Source: Syntrophaceae bacterium | Lineage (GTDB): Bacteria > Desulfobacterota > Desulfomonilia > UBA1062 | DNA length: 64,000 nt | Reading direction: 5' to 3' | Assembly: GCA_039680665.1 (NCBI GenBank) | Contig: JBDKSM010000138.1 | Location: 18,135-82,134, forward strand | Part shown: positions 38,462 to 49,150 of the stretch, piece after piece | Numbering within the stretch: position 1 is the first letter of the stretch | How the letters are laid out: each line of letters begins with the position of its first letter | Position numbers and translations under genes: made by a program | The notes under the pieces: model-generated | What the model saw: the letters and a program-made list of their open reading frames with translations, nothing else | Told to the model about the DNA's origin: nothing | Databases searched by the model: none

Positions 38462-39316
38462 ATGCGTGATCTCAAGGGAAAGGTAGCGGCCATCACCGGC
38501 GCCGCATCCGGTATCGGAAGGGCTCTGGCAATCAACCTGGCCGAGCACGGCTGTCATGTTGCTCTGTCCGATATCGATGCCGCGGGGCTTGGGCAGACCG
38601 CCGATCAGCTTAAGCGCTATCCGATAACTGTCACCACGCACGTGGTGGACGTCGCCCGGCGGGAACAGGTCGCCCGGTATGTCGCAGAGGTTGTGCGCTC
38701 TCACGGCGGGGTGCATTTGCTGATCAACAACGCTGGGGTCGTGGTCACGGAAACGTTGGAGGACATAAGCTATGCAGACTTTGAATGGCTTATGGGCATC
38801 AATCTCTGGGGCGTGGTCTACGGCTGCAAGGAGTTTCTCCCCTATCTGAAGCAGCAGGGCGAGGCCCATATCGTCAATATGAGCAGCGTCAACGGCATCT
38901 ACACCGATCCCAACAATGGGGCTTATTGCACATCGAAATTCGCGGTGCGAGGATTCACCGAGACCCTGTGCCAGGAGTTGAGCTCAACATCGGTAAAGGT
39001 ATCCTGCGTGCATCCCGGCGGAGTTAAGACCGACATCGCCCGCCATGCCCGGTTCTACAAGGTTTCGGATGGTTCCCTGAGCAAGGACGATGCTGCCAGG
39101 CTGTTCGACCTCATTGCGCGTACCCCGGCCGATACGGCGGCCAAAGTTATTATCGCCGGTATCAAGAAGAACCGGGCGCGCATCATGGTGGGCCCCGATG
39201 CCTATGTCTTGGACTGGCTCAAGCGCTTGTTCCCGGTGGGCTTCCAGAAATTCGTAGGCCGCAAGGATGCGTTGGCCTGGGTCAAAAAGAAAGCCGGCAT
39301 GAACGTAGACAAATAA
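38462..39316 (+). CDS. short-chain dehydrogenase/reductase (SDR)
   Basis: TGAASGIGRA cofactor motif. YxxxK catalytic pair (YCTSK). GGAGG RBS before ATG 38462. Confidence 0.85.
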   Translation: MRDLKGKVAAITGAASGIGRALAINLAEHGCHVALSDIDAAGLGQTADQLKRYPITVTTHVVDVARREQVARYVAEVVRSHGGVHLLINNAGVVVTETLEDISYADFEWLMGINLWGVVYGCKEFLPYLKQQGEAHIVNMSSVNGIYTDPNNGAYCTSKFAVRGFTETLCQELSSTSVKVSCVHPGGVKTDIARHARFYKVSDGSLSKDDAARLFDLIARTPADTAAKVIIAGIKKNRARIMVGPDAYVLDWLKRLFPVGFQKFVGRKDALAWVKKKAGMNVDK

Positions 39317-39335
39317 AATAGGAGAGGAGGTTCAT

Positions 39336-40022
39336 ATGCATATTTGTGGAAAGAATGGGGTGCGGTATTGCGCGGTTATTGTGCTGATCCTGCTTGTGGC
39401 GGCTCCGTGCGCTTTTGCGCAAGGGTATGCCAAGCAGGGATTCTATCTTGGTCTGTATCTACCGTATAATGCCGTGGGTGACGAAGACTTTGACGGGAAA
39501 TCCTACATGACCGATGACAACCAAGAGGTCATGGTCCTTTTGCCGGAGATTGACAGTGCTTTTGGACTGGGTCTGGCCTTCGGCTATCGATTTTCCAAGG
39601 CCTCCTTTGAGATAAATTATCTTCAGTCCAGCCATGATGCCGACTGGAGCAATGCGGGATGGGTCGCCACGGGGGATGAGGCCGAGCTTTCCATTTTCAA
39701 CCTGGATGCCAGATACTACTTCAATACCGGAGATGCTGTGCAGCCCTTTATCTATGGCGGCATCAATCTGACGACCCTGACCGCCAAGGATTTCGCCGCC
39801 GATCCATACAGTTCGGACGACGCGGAATTTCGTGGGGCCGGGTTCAATATCGGCGGCGGTGTGGCGTTTTACCTCACCCCTCAGTTCGCGTTGACCGGGA
39901 CAGTGCTCTATCGCTATGTGAAAATGGAAGATCTTGATGCCGCAGGGGTATCCGGCGAGATCGATCACTCCCTGAATGCCAGCGACGTCAACTTTATGCT
40001 GGGCACTTCGTTTACTTTCTGA
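39336..40022 (+). CDS. outer-membrane beta-barrel protein (OmpA/OmpW-like small porin)
   Basis: Signal peptide. Alternating beta-strand pattern. C-terminal aromatic residue (…TSFTF). Confidence 0.7.
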   Translation: MHICGKNGVRYCAVIVLILLVAAPCAFAQGYAKQGFYLGLYLPYNAVGDEDFDGKSYMTDDNQEVMVLLPEIDSAFGLGLAFGYRFSKASFEINYLQSSHDADWSNAGWVATGDEAELSIFNLDARYYFNTGDAVQPFIYGGINLTTLTAKDFAADPYSSDDAEFRGAGFNIGGGVAFYLTPQFALTGTVLYRYVKMEDLDAAGVSGEIDHSLNASDVNFMLGTSFTF

Positions 40023-40044
40023 TGCCCCTGATTTAAGAGGGTTG

Positions 40045-41298
40045 TTACAATATCGCGCCGAGGTCGAAGTTTTCGAGATGGTCCTTGCCCAATGAAACCA
40101 GAGTCATCTTTTCGTTCACGAATATTGTGCGGGCCAGCTCGATCACGGCCTCGGCGCTGACGGCGTTGATCTTGCTCAGGACTTCGTCGATCGGGACATC
40201 GCGCTCGTAGTAGAGCTCATTCTTGGCGATCGAACTCATGCGGTTTTCCGTGCTTTCGCGGGCCAGCAAGAGATTGCCGCGGATCAATGCCTTGACCTCT
40301 TCCAGGTTCATATCGCCCAAATCGCCGTTTTTAATGCGCTTGAATTGGGTCCCCACAACATCCACGGTTTTGAAGATATTCTCCGGGCTGGTGGCGGCAT
40401 AGACCGCCATGACCCCGCAATCCAGATAGGCGCTTAGATAGGAATAGATGGAATATACCAGCCCCAGTTTCTCACGTGCTTCCTGGAAGAGCATGGAGCT
40501 CATGCTGCCGCCTAAAATGGTGTTCAAAACGATATAGGTCCAGCGGTTTTCATCGCGCATGGCCGGGCCGATGGTGCCTAAGGTGAAATGGATCTGTTCC
40601 AGGTCCTTGGCATGGATGGCGCGGTTGCCACCCATGCGTGGTTTGTCGAGCTCGCCTGAGCGCTTGTAGGCGGGCAAACTCGAAAAGTAGGGGGCGGCTA
40701 GGTCGAAGAGTTGCTGGTGCTTGAGGTTGCCGACCCCGGAGATCACGATCGATCCGGCATCATAGCATTGCTTGATGTAGCTTTGAATATCGTCGCGGCC
40801 GATGCTGACGACCGTCTCGGCCGTCCCCAGGATAGAGGTGCCCAGGGGTGATTTATGGAAGAAGGCTTCGGCAAAGAGGTCGTTGATATAATCATCCGGC
40901 GTGTCCTCGGTCATGCCGATTTCCTGGAGCACGACCCGTTTCTCCTTTTCCAGTTCTTCCGGGTCGAAAAGCGAGTTCAAGAACAGGTCGAAAAGCACGT
41001 CGGCGGCCTTGGCCAGGGACTCGTCCAGGACCTTGACATAATAGACGGTGTATTCCTTGGCGGTCTGGGCGTTCAACACCCCCCCCAGGGCGTCGATATC
41101 CTTGGCAATCTGCAGTGCGTCGCGTTTGGCGGTGCCTTTGAAGAGCATGTGCTCGGCAAAATGAGCCATACCCAGCTGTTTGGCCGGGTCCTGGCGGGAC
41201 CCGCTCTTGACCCAGATTCCGAGCGAGACCGACCGCATATGCGGCATGGTCTCGCTCAGGATACGCACACCATTGGCGAGCCGGGTGATCTCGGGCAT
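40045..41298 (-). CDS. M16 family zinc metallopeptidase (pitrilysin-like)
   Basis: Inverted zincin motif HFAEH...E near N-terminus. 417 aa. Confidence 0.85.
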   Translation of the reverse strand: MPEITRLANGVRILSETMPHMRSVSLGIWVKSGSRQDPAKQLGMAHFAEHMLFKGTAKRDALQIAKDIDALGGVLNAQTAKEYTVYYVKVLDESLAKAADVLFDLFLNSLFDPEELEKEKRVVLQEIGMTEDTPDDYINDLFAEAFFHKSPLGTSILGTAETVVSIGRDDIQSYIKQCYDAGSIVISGVGNLKHQQLFDLAAPYFSSLPAYKRSGELDKPRMGGNRAIHAKDLEQIHFTLGTIGPAMRDENRWTYIVLNTILGGSMSSMLFQEAREKLGLVYSIYSYLSAYLDCGVMAVYAATSPENIFKTVDVVGTQFKRIKNGDLGDMNLEEVKALIRGNLLLARESTENRMSSIAKNELYYERDVPIDEVLSKINAVSAEAVIELARTIFVNEKMTLVSLGKDHLENFDLGAIL

Positions 41299-41305
41299 GC
41301 TGTTT

Positions 41306-43387
41306 TTAAGCGCCGGTACTCTTGAGCGCCTCTTTGCGGCTCAGTCTGATCTTGCCGTTCTTGTCGATGCCGATCACCTTGACCACGATCTCATCGCCTT
41401 CACTGACGACTTCTCGCACGTCCTTGACCTTCTCGTGCGCCAGCTGGGAGATGTGCACCAGACCCTGGTCGCCGGACGGCAGCTCCACGAAGGCGCCGAA
41501 ATCCATGATCTTGACGACCTTGCCCGGGTAGACCTTGTCGATCTCGACCTCTTCGGTCAGGGTGTTGATGATCTCCACGGCCATGCGGGCATGCTCCTCG
41601 TCAGGCGAGAAGATATCCACCTTGCCCGAGTCGTCGATCTCGATCTTGGTGCCGGTCTTGGCGGTGATGTCCTTGATGACCTTGCCGCCAGGACCGATGA
41701 CGGTACGGATCTTTTCCGGGTTGATGGTGATGGAATAGATGCGCGGGGCATAGGGCGAGATCTCCGCCCGGGGCTGATTGATGGTCTGCCCCATGATGTC
41801 CAAAATCTTCAGACGACCGATCTTGGCCTTTTCCAGGGCCGAAGACAAAACCGCCTCCGGGATGCCGGAGATCTTAATGTCCATCTGCAGGGCAGTCACG
41901 CCTTCGTTGGTTCCGGCCACCTTGAAGTCCATGTCGCCCAGGTGATCCTCATCGCCCAGGATATCGGTAAGTACGAGATATTCGTCACCCTCTTGGATGA
42001 GGCCCATGGCGATGCCGGCCACCGGCTTACGGATAGGCACGCCCGCGTCCATCAGCGACATGGAGCCGCTGCATACCGTGGCCATGGATGAACTGCCGTT
42101 GGACTCCAGGATCTCGGAGACCAGCCGGATGGTATAGGGGAAAGTGCCTTCGGCCGGCAGCACCTGAGCCAGAGCGCGCTCGGCCAGATTGCCGTGCCCG
42201 ATCTCACGCCGGCTGGGGCTGCGCAACGGTTTGACCTCGCCCACGCAAAACGGCGGGAAGGTATAGTGCAGCATAAAGGATTTGGTCGATTCGCCCAGCA
42301 AGGATTCCAGCCGCTGCTCGTCGCGCGGGGTCCCTAAGGTGGTGATCGCCAGGGCCTGGGTCTCGCCGCGGGTAAAGAGCGCCGATCCATGGGTGCGCGG
42401 CAGGAGCTTGGTGTTGCATGCGATCGGCCGGATATCATCCAGAGAGCGACCGTCCAGGCGCTTTTTCTGGCTGCGAATGAGTCCGCGTACGAATTCCCGT
42501 TCCAGGGTCTCTATCACGTGCCGCACATGCACAAGCTTCTCTTCACCCGCTTCCTGGTAGCGTTCAAGGATTTCGGCCTTGATCTTGTCGAAAGCGGCGT
42601 GGCGCTCCAGCTTGCCGGGCGTGGTCAACGCCTGGCCTACCCGGTCGCCTACCAGGTTCTTGATCTCGACATACAGCGCCGGATCTTCCTGCGGTGGTGT
42701 GACCACGAGCTTGGGTTTGCCGACCTTGGCGCGCAGCTCTTCCTGGGCCTCGATGATCTCGCGGATACGGCCATGCGCGAAAAGGATGGCGTCCAGGATG
42801 GTCTTTTCAGGCAATTCCTTGGCCTCACCCTCGACCATGACAATGGCGTCCTTGGTGCCGACGACCATGAGTTCCAGGTCGCTTAAGGCCAGCTGGGCAT
42901 AGGACGGATCGATGATGAAATTGCCGTCGACGCGGCCGATGCGAACCCCGCCGATGGGTCCGGCAAAAGGGATGCTCGAGATATGCAGGGCCGCCGAGGC
43001 GCCGTTGATAGCCATGACGTCCGGGCTTGACTCCGGGTCGGCCGACAAGACGCTGGCGATGATCTGCAGTTCGTTGTAGAACCCGTCGGGAAAGAGCGGC
43101 CGGATGGGTCGGTCGATTAAGCGCGCCGTCAGGATCTCCTGATCGCCGGGGCGGCCTTCACGTTTGATGAATCCGCCCGGGATGCGCCCCGCGGCATAGG
43201 ACATTTCCTGATAATCCACCACCAGGGGCAGAAAATCGATGCCCTTGCGCACATCCTTGGATACCGTGGCGGTTACGAGCACGACACTGTCGCCCTGGTA
43301 GACGAGTACGGAACCATCCGCCTGCTTCGCTACCGTCCCCACATCGAAGATGAGGGGTTTAACGTTACCTTTGGTTTCTACGCGCAT
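41306..43387 (-). CDS. pnp: polynucleotide phosphorylase
   Basis: Two RNase PH domains plus KH and S1 domains. 693 aa. Downstream of rpsO. Confidence 0.95.
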   Translation of the reverse strand: MRVETKGNVKPLIFDVGTVAKQADGSVLVYQGDSVVLVTATVSKDVRKGIDFLPLVVDYQEMSYAAGRIPGGFIKREGRPGDQEILTARLIDRPIRPLFPDGFYNELQIIASVLSADPESSPDVMAINGASAALHISSIPFAGPIGGVRIGRVDGNFIIDPSYAQLALSDLELMVVGTKDAIVMVEGEAKELPEKTILDAILFAHGRIREIIEAQEELRAKVGKPKLVVTPPQEDPALYVEIKNLVGDRVGQALTTPGKLERHAAFDKIKAEILERYQEAGEEKLVHVRHVIETLEREFVRGLIRSQKKRLDGRSLDDIRPIACNTKLLPRTHGSALFTRGETQALAITTLGTPRDEQRLESLLGESTKSFMLHYTFPPFCVGEVKPLRSPSRREIGHGNLAERALAQVLPAEGTFPYTIRLVSEILESNGSSSMATVCSGSMSLMDAGVPIRKPVAGIAMGLIQEGDEYLVLTDILGDEDHLGDMDFKVAGTNEGVTALQMDIKISGIPEAVLSSALEKAKIGRLKILDIMGQTINQPRAEISPYAPRIYSITINPEKIRTVIGPGGKVIKDITAKTGTKIEIDDSGKVDIFSPDEEHARMAVEIINTLTEEVEIDKVYPGKVVKIMDFGAFVELPSGDQGLVHISQLAHEKVKDVREVVSEGDEIVVKVIGIDKNGKIRLSRKEALKSTGA

Positions 43388-43393
43388 AAGTTC

Positions 43394-43663
43394 CTACTTC
43401 CGGAGGTTCAAGGCTTTGACGATCTCGCGGTAGCGTTTCACGTCGATTTCCTTGAGATAGTTTAAGAGCCTGCGGCGCTGACCAACGAGCATTAAGAGAC
43501 CCCGGCGTGAATGGTGATCCTTCTTATGGGTCTTGAAGTGTTCGGTCAGAGAGTTGATCCGGTTGGTCAGAAGGGCCACCTGAACCTCGGGGGATCCGGT
43601 ATCGCCCTCATGGAGTTTGAACTTATCAATAATTTCCTTTTTGATTTGCACATTTAAAGCCAC
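43394..43663 (-). CDS. rpsO: 30S ribosomal protein S15
   Basis: 89 aa. Conserved S15 sequence (…[35 protein letters not shown]…). Confidence 0.95.
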   Translation of the reverse strand: MALNVQIKKEIIDKFKLHEGDTGSPEVQVALLTNRINSLTEHFKTHKKDHHSRRGLLMLVGQRRRLLNYLKEIDVKRYREIVKALNLRK

Positions 43664-43738
43664 GGTACTTCCTCCTCATTTTTTTTCTCCTGTATTTGGG
43701 TGCTGACGTTAACACACCCTTGACAACGCTGTAAATAG

Positions 43739-44641
43739 CTAAAAGGGCTGGAAACCCCTTTCGATAAACCCAAAGATACCCCCTTGACGCTGCACTTTAG
43801 CGACACACAGCAGTTGATCGGAGGTATTGACCAGGGCGAGATAGCTCCCATCTGGCACCTCGGGGCGATCGATCAGGCCCGCGAATTGGATGGGCCTGCC
43901 GTCCATGATCTCGGCCTGACCCGCGGCGGTCACTCGGGCCGTGGGCAGATGCAGGGCCTCCGGTAAGGGGATGAGCCCAAAGGTCCCTGTTGTTGCCCGG
44001 GCCTCCAGTTCCTCCAGGGTCAGGGCCTTTTCCAGGCTAAAGCCCTCGCTCTTCAGACGCCTGAGCTCGCGCAGATATCCGCCGAAACCCAGGGCGGCTC
44101 CCAGATCGCGGGCAATGGCGCGGATATAAGTGCCGCGCGAACAGACGATGCGTATTTCGAGGCTGTCCCGGTTATGCGCCAGGATCTCCATGTGGGCGAT
44201 ATGGATTTCTTTGGCGCGCGGGGTTACGGGTTGATTGGCGCGCTTCAAGCGGTACAGCGGCGTGCCGCCGAACTTCTGGGCGCAATAGTCGGGCGGTGTC
44301 TGCATGACCAGGCCGGTATGCGCCTGGATCCATTCCTGAACCTTATCCAGTTTGAGCTCGGCCTGGGGAAAGCTCGCCAGCGCCGTTCCGGTGATATCGT
44401 CGGTGTCGGTGGACATCTCGATCCCGATGCGGGCGGTGTATTCCTTGGGCTGATCCTGGAGAAAGGGCAGGCACTTGGTGCCTTGCCCGATTCCGATGCA
44501 TAAGAGCCCGGTGGCAAAGGGGTCGAGGCTGCCGAAATGCCCGCCGCGTTTGGTCTTCAGGATGCGCATGACGCGATCCAAGGCCCGGCGCGAGGTGATG
44601 CCCGCCGGCTTGTCAATGAGTACTACGCCGTCTTGGACCAT
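43739..44641 (-). CDS. truB: tRNA pseudouridine(55) synthase
   Basis: LIDKPAGITS...GHFGSLDPFATG motif with catalytic Asp. Confidence 0.9.
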   Translation of the reverse strand: MVQDGVVLIDKPAGITSRRALDRVMRILKTKRGGHFGSLDPFATGLLCIGIGQGTKCLPFLQDQPKEYTARIGIEMSTDTDDITGTALASFPQAELKLDKVQEWIQAHTGLVMQTPPDYCAQKFGGTPLYRLKRANQPVTPRAKEIHIAHMEILAHNRDSLEIRIVCSRGTYIRAIARDLGAALGFGGYLRELRRLKSEGFSLEKALTLEELEARATTGTFGLIPLPEALHLPTARVTAAGQAEIMDGRPIQFAGLIDRPEVPDGSYLALVNTSDQLLCVAKVQRQGGIFGFIERGFQPF

Positions 44642-45552
44642 CGCTTGCCTTCCTCAACGATCGTTTGTATAAGTTCCGCGGCCCGACCCGGCACGGTAAA
44701 GCCGGCCGCCCGGTCGTGTCCACCTCCGCCGAAAGCCTCGGCCGTCAGGCGCGCCGCCGGCGTATGCCGGCTGCGCATGGAACAGCGGACCGTTTCGCCG
44801 TCGCCGTCGCGGGCCAGGATGCTCAGATCGGCCCCGGCCAGGCTGGCGAGCTCCTCAACGATCCCGGAGGCGTCCTGCGTCGTGGCGCCCAGGATCTCAA
44901 AATCATGTGTCGTCAGATAACTGGCGTAAACGCCGTCTACGATGATGAGCCGCTCGAGGGCCAGGCACAGGATACGATACCAACGCAAGGGCTTGTTGCG
45001 TTTCAAGCGGCTGGCTATGGCATGCGGGTCCGCGCCGAGGCGGACCAAGTCGCTGGCGATCTCGAAGACGCGTAAGGACGTGTTGGCATGCGTAAAGCCA
45101 CCGGTGTCGCCGAAGATGCCCATGTAGAGATTGGAGGCCATGGCCTCGTCGATCGCTATGTCCATGGCCCTGAGGAGCTCGAAGACCATCTCGCTGGCCG
45201 AGGACCTGCTAGCCTCCACCCAGCGGATGGAGCCGTAATTCGTAGTGGTGCGGTGATGGTCGATGATCGCCACCGTGCCGGCCGGCCGGACCTCCTTGAG
45301 CATTCCCGGGTCCGACACATCCACCAGCAAGGAGATCTCGGGCGTAAAGGCGGATGCCACCTTCGGCGGCGCGTCAAGGATCAACATTTCCGGGGCCGCG
45401 GTCGGGTAAACCACCCGTACGGTCTTGCCCAGGCGTTCAAGGCCGTATGCCAGGGCCGTGCTTGAACCCACGGCGTCTTCGTCCGGCCAGGCATGGGTTA
45501 TGATTTCGAAGCGCGTATGCGCCTGAATATACTCAATGAGAGCCTTCATCAT
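44623..45552 (-). CDS. nrnA: DHH/DHHA1 phosphoesterase (NrnA-like bifunctional oligoribonuclease/pAp phosphatase)
   Basis: DHH motif (AIIDHHRTT). DHHA1 GGGH motif. Start taken at MMKALIEY. Confidence 0.6.
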   Translation of the reverse strand: MMKALIEYIQAHTRFEIITHAWPDEDAVGSSTALAYGLERLGKTVRVVYPTAAPEMLILDAPPKVASAFTPEISLLVDVSDPGMLKEVRPAGTVAIIDHHRTTTNYGSIRWVEASRSSASEMVFELLRAMDIAIDEAMASNLYMGIFGDTGGFTHANTSLRVFEIASDLVRLGADPHAIASRLKRNKPLRWYRILCLALERLIIVDGVYASYLTTHDFEILGATTQDASGIVEELASLAGADLSILARDGDGETVRCSMRSRHTPAARLTAEAFGGGGHDRAAGFTVPGRAAELIQTIVEEGKRWSKTA

Positions 45553-45895
45553 CGGCCTTAATCTTGTCCAGAATTTCGTCGATGTGCGTACCGTAATCGA
45601 ACGAGGTATCATAGGTGAATGTCAGGCTGGGGACGGTCTTGATCGTGAGCATGCTTTTGAGCTCATAACGGAAGAACCCCTCGGCGCTCTTGAGACCCTG
45701 CAGGGCGGCTTCCCTAAGCTCGTCGTCGCGGATGCAGAAGAAGACGTGCGCATGCTTCAAGTCGGCGCTGACTTCCACGCCCGTGATCGTCACTTCGGCC
45801 ACGCGGGGGTCCTTGACCTTGCGCAGGAGCAGATCCGCCAGGCTTTCCCTTAAGAGATCGCCCACGCGGGCTTGGCGTAAGGAGGGCTTTCTCAT
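45533..45895 (-). CDS. rbfA: ribosome-binding factor A
   Basis: 120 aa. RbfA KH-like fold sequence (…DPRVAEVTITGVEVSADLKHAHVFF…). Confidence 0.9.
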   Translation of the reverse strand: MRKPSLRQARVGDLLRESLADLLLRKVKDPRVAEVTITGVEVSADLKHAHVFFCIRDDELREAALQGLKSAEGFFRYELKSMLTIKTVPSLTFTYDTSFDYGTHIDEILDKIKADDEGSH

Positions 45896-46176
45896 AGATG
45901 CAGGATCTCCATGTCGCTGCCGATGACCTCAACCTCGTCCTGATTGAAAAAGGTATTCATAATCTTATCGAGCATGCTGTTGACGAACCCGGCGTCATTG
46001 CTTACCACGGCCAGGCCCAAGGTGGCGGCCTGCCATTTATCGAGATCGTCCACCTCGGCCACCGAAGCGCCCATATGGGAGAGACGGTCCTTGATGGACT
46101 TGATCACCTTGCGTTTCTCCTTGAGCGAGCGCGCGCCCTGGATCTGCATGCGCACCTTCAGGGTCCCGACGATCAC
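45892..46176 (-). CDS. DUF503 family protein (YlxP-like)
   Basis: 94 aa. Conserved position between infB and rbfA. Confidence 0.7.
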   Translation of the reverse strand: MIVGTLKVRMQIQGARSLKEKRKVIKSIKDRLSHMGASVAEVDDLDKWQAATLGLAVVSNDAGFVNSMLDKIMNTFFNQDEVEVIGSDMEILHL

Positions 46177-48665
46177 GGCGTGGCTTTCTCCTTGGTATAG
46201 ACCTCGACGATATCTCCTTCCTTGAGATCGTTATACCCGTCCAGTCCGATGCCGCATTCATAACCGCCCACGACCTCGCGCACATCATCCTTGAAGCGTT
46301 TGAGTGAGCCGATTTTGCCTTCGTAGACGAGATCGCCGGCGCGGATGAGCTTGGCGTCGGCATTGCGTGTGATCTTGCCTTCCAGGACCATGCAGCCCGC
46401 GATGGTGCCGATCTTGGAGATCTTGAAAACGCTGCGGATCTCGGCCTTGCCTTGCAGCACGTCCTCGTAGACCGGTTCGAGCATGCCGGCCAGCGACTGC
46501 TTGATATCGTCGATTAAATCGTAGATCACGGTATAGAGCTTGATATCGATACCGTAATGCTTGGCCACGACCTTGGATTTGGGGTCGGGTTTGACATTGA
46601 ATCCCACGATGACGGCCTGGGTGGTCGAAGCCAGGAGGATATCATTTTCCGTGATGCCGCCCACGGCATAATGCACCACGTTGACCCGGATGCCTTCACC
46701 GGTTTCAAGACCCTTGACGACCCCTACAATGGCCTCGACCGTACCGTGCACATCGCCCTTGATGATAAGGTTCAGCGCCTTGAGCCGGCCTTCCATGACC
46801 TGGCTGTAGAGGTCTTCGAGTGTCACCTGGGCCTTGGGTTCAACCGTGGTCACATGGCGGGCCTCCTGGGCGAGGTAGTCCACGATCTCGCGTGCCTTCT
46901 TCTCATTCGGCACCACGAAGAAGCGATCCCCGGCCATGGGCGGAGTGGTCAGACCGATGATCTCGACCGGGGTGGCCGGCAGGGCCTTCGATATGGGGTT
47001 GCCGCGGAAATCAAACATGGCCCTTACCCGCCCCCAGGTATTGCCGACCACGAAGATATCGCCCTGTTTGAGCTCGCCGCTCTGGATCAGCATGGTGGAC
47101 ATGGGACCACGGCTCTTATCGAGTTTGGATTCCAGCACCGCCCCGCGCGCCGGACCCTTGGCGACGGCCTTCAAGTCCAGCATTTCAGCCTGGAGCAGGA
47201 TCATTTCCAGAAGTTCCTCGATGCCGGTATGTTTCTTGGCCGAGACCTCGACGAAGATTGTATCGCCGCCCCAGGCTTCGGGCAACAGGCCCAAATCCGA
47301 GAGCTGTTCCTTGACGCGTTGGGGATTGGCGTTGGGTTTGTCGATCTTGTTTACGGCCACAATGATGGGGATCTGGGCCGCCCGGGCATGGTTGATGGCC
47401 TCCTTGGTCTGCTCCATGACTCCGTCATCGGCGGCCACCACCAGAACCACGAAATCGGTGACCTGCGCCCCGCGGGCGCGCATGGAGGTAAAGGCCTCAT
47501 GGCCGGGGGTATCGATAAAGGAGATGGTTTTATCCTTCAAGTGGGCCTGATAGGCGCCGATATGCTGCGTGATGCCGCCGAACTCGCTCTCGGTCACATT
47601 TTCGGAGCGGATAGCATCTAAGAGTGAGGTCTTGCCATGGTCGACATGACCCATGATCGTCACCACGGGCGGACGTGGACTCATGTCTTCCGGGCTATAT
47701 TGGGGTTCATTGATATAATCTTCCTTGATGTCGTCGCGGGCCTCCTCGACCTCGAAGCCCATCTCACCCGCCGCCAGAATGGCCTCTTCAGAGTTGAGGT
47801 ACTGGTTCTCACTGGTGCTCAGGCCCAGACCAGCGAGAACCCTGGTCACGGCAGAAACCTTGACCCGCATCTCGCGCGCCAGATTGAGGACCGTGATGGT
47901 CCGGCCGATCCAGATCTTTTTCTTCACCGGCAGCGGCGCCAGCGGTTTTTTCTCCCTACCCTTGAAGGCCCGTTTGCCGTGTGAGGGCTTGCTGTCATCG
48001 TAGATCTCGAACTGGGTGAAGACCTCTTTTTCCTTCTCTTTTTCCTTGAACTTGGGGGCCTTCTTGATCGGCGCGCGGGCCGGTTTCTCCTCCACGACCT
48101 CGGGGGCCGCGGCTTCTACCTTGCCTTTTTTCTTGGCCTTTTTCTTTTTCTTTTCTTCTTCCTCGGCGGTTGTGGCCGGTTTGGGCGGCTCGGCCTTGGC
48201 GGCCTCGGAGGCTACGACAGGCGCGGGTTCGACCACCGGCGCTACCGGCGCGGGCGCTGTTTCGATCTCGGGTGCGGCCTTGAGCGGGCGTTCTTTGGCC
48301 GGTGCGGCCTTGGGACTCGGCGCGCTGACGGCCGGGGCCTCGGCTTCAACCTCAACCGGGGCCGCCGTCTTAACGGGCGCCTCTTCTTCCTTGGACGCTT
48401 CGGCCTCCGCCGGCGTGGTCGGGCGGGCACGGCGTCTGATCACCTTCGAGCTGACCCGCTCTTCTTCAAAGGCCTCAGGCTTGGCCTCATCATGTTGCTT
48501 TTCACTCTCCCGTTCGAGCCGTTTCTTGATGCGCTCGATGTCGTGCACATCCACCATGCTCATGTTGTTCTCGACGGAAATGGCCAGATCCTTGGCGATC
48601 TTGAGCAGATCCTTGGCATCGATGGCCAGCTTGGCAGCTAATTCAAACACTCTCATTTTTTTCAT
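46173..48665 (-). CDS. infB: translation initiation factor IF-2
   Basis: GTP-binding domain (GHVDHGKTSLLD...DTPGHEAF...NKID). Start chosen at MKKMRVFELA (ATG 48665), just after the ylxR stop. Ala/Pro/Glu/Lys-rich N-terminal linker. Confidence 0.95.
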   Translation of the reverse strand: MKKMRVFELAAKLAIDAKDLLKIAKDLAISVENNMSMVDVHDIERIKKRLERESEKQHDEAKPEAFEEERVSSKVIRRRARPTTPAEAEASKEEEAPVKTAAPVEVEAEAPAVSAPSPKAAPAKERPLKAAPEIETAPAPVAPVVEPAPVVASEAAKAEPPKPATTAEEEEKKKKKAKKKGKVEAAAPEVVEEKPARAPIKKAPKFKEKEKEKEVFTQFEIYDDSKPSHGKRAFKGREKKPLAPLPVKKKIWIGRTITVLNLAREMRVKVSAVTRVLAGLGLSTSENQYLNSEEAILAAGEMGFEVEEARDDIKEDYINEPQYSPEDMSPRPPVVTIMGHVDHGKTSLLDAIRSENVTESEFGGITQHIGAYQAHLKDKTISFIDTPGHEAFTSMRARGAQVTDFVVLVVAADDGVMEQTKEAINHARAAQIPIIVAVNKIDKPNANPQRVKEQLSDLGLLPEAWGGDTIFVEVSAKKHTGIEELLEMILLQAEMLDLKAVAKGPARGAVLESKLDKSRGPMSTMLIQSGELKQGDIFVVGNTWGRVRAMFDFRGNPISKALPATPVEIIGLTTPPMAGDRFFVVPNEKKAREIVDYLAQEARHVTTVEPKAQVTLEDLYSQVMEGRLKALNLIIKGDVHGTVEAIVGVVKGLETGEGIRVNVVHYAVGGITENDILLASTTQAVIVGFNVKPDPKSKVVAKHYGIDIKLYTVIYDLIDDIKQSLAGMLEPVYEDVLQGKAEIRSVFKISKIGTIAGCMVLEGKITRNADAKLIRAGDLVYEGKIGSLKRFKDDVREVVGGYECGIGLDGYNDLKEGDIVEVYTKEKATP

Positions 48666-48666
48666 G

Positions 48667-49140
48667 CTAGAACACCTCTGAAGACAGCCTTTCAAGTAAC
48701 TTCAGATCCCGCGCAAGCGCGGGCAGAAATGGGTAACCTTCCTTGATCGGGGCAGGACAGGCATATCCGTTGGGTTCAGCGCCGTGACGGGCGTGTTCGC
48801 ACAATGCATGGGCGACACGTCCCAGGTCCGACCGGTCCGCAGCGCCGGATTCGCTCAGATACCCCATCCTGGCCGCACGCACGACCGCGCGGGCGATTCC
48901 GCCGGTGTAGTGCTTCCGCATTTCTTCCACGAGGGTCCTTATCTCGGTAAGGGAAAGGTTAAAGCGCGGGTGTCTGGACTTGGAAGCCTTGCGCAGACAG
49001 GAGATATCAGGGCACACATACCCCCCGCGGCCCTGCGCCCGCCGGGAGGCGTCGAAGCATATGGCGCCGTCCGGCCGTTTCACCAGCCGCAGGAGCTCAT
49101 GCCGGGGAAACACCCCTTTGCATCCCAGACACTGCCGCAT
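48667..49140 (-). CDS. YlxR/DUF448 family RNA-binding protein with C-terminal extension
   Basis: MRQCLGCKGVFPRHELLRLV...GRGGYVC motif. Confidence 0.65.
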   Translation of the reverse strand: MRQCLGCKGVFPRHELLRLVKRPDGAICFDASRRAQGRGGYVCPDISCLRKASKSRHPRFNLSLTEIRTLVEEMRKHYTGGIARAVVRAARMGYLSESGAADRSDLGRVAHALCEHARHGAEPNGYACPAPIKEGYPFLPALARDLKLLERLSSEVF

Positions 49141-49150
49141 AGGAAAGGTC

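Noticed and set aside
48016-48681. 221-aa low-complexity ORF and 62-aa Arg/Pro-rich ORF (48242-48430) inside infB
   Set aside because: These are alternative-frame artefacts of the repetitive Ala/Pro/Glu/Lys-coding linker of IF-2.
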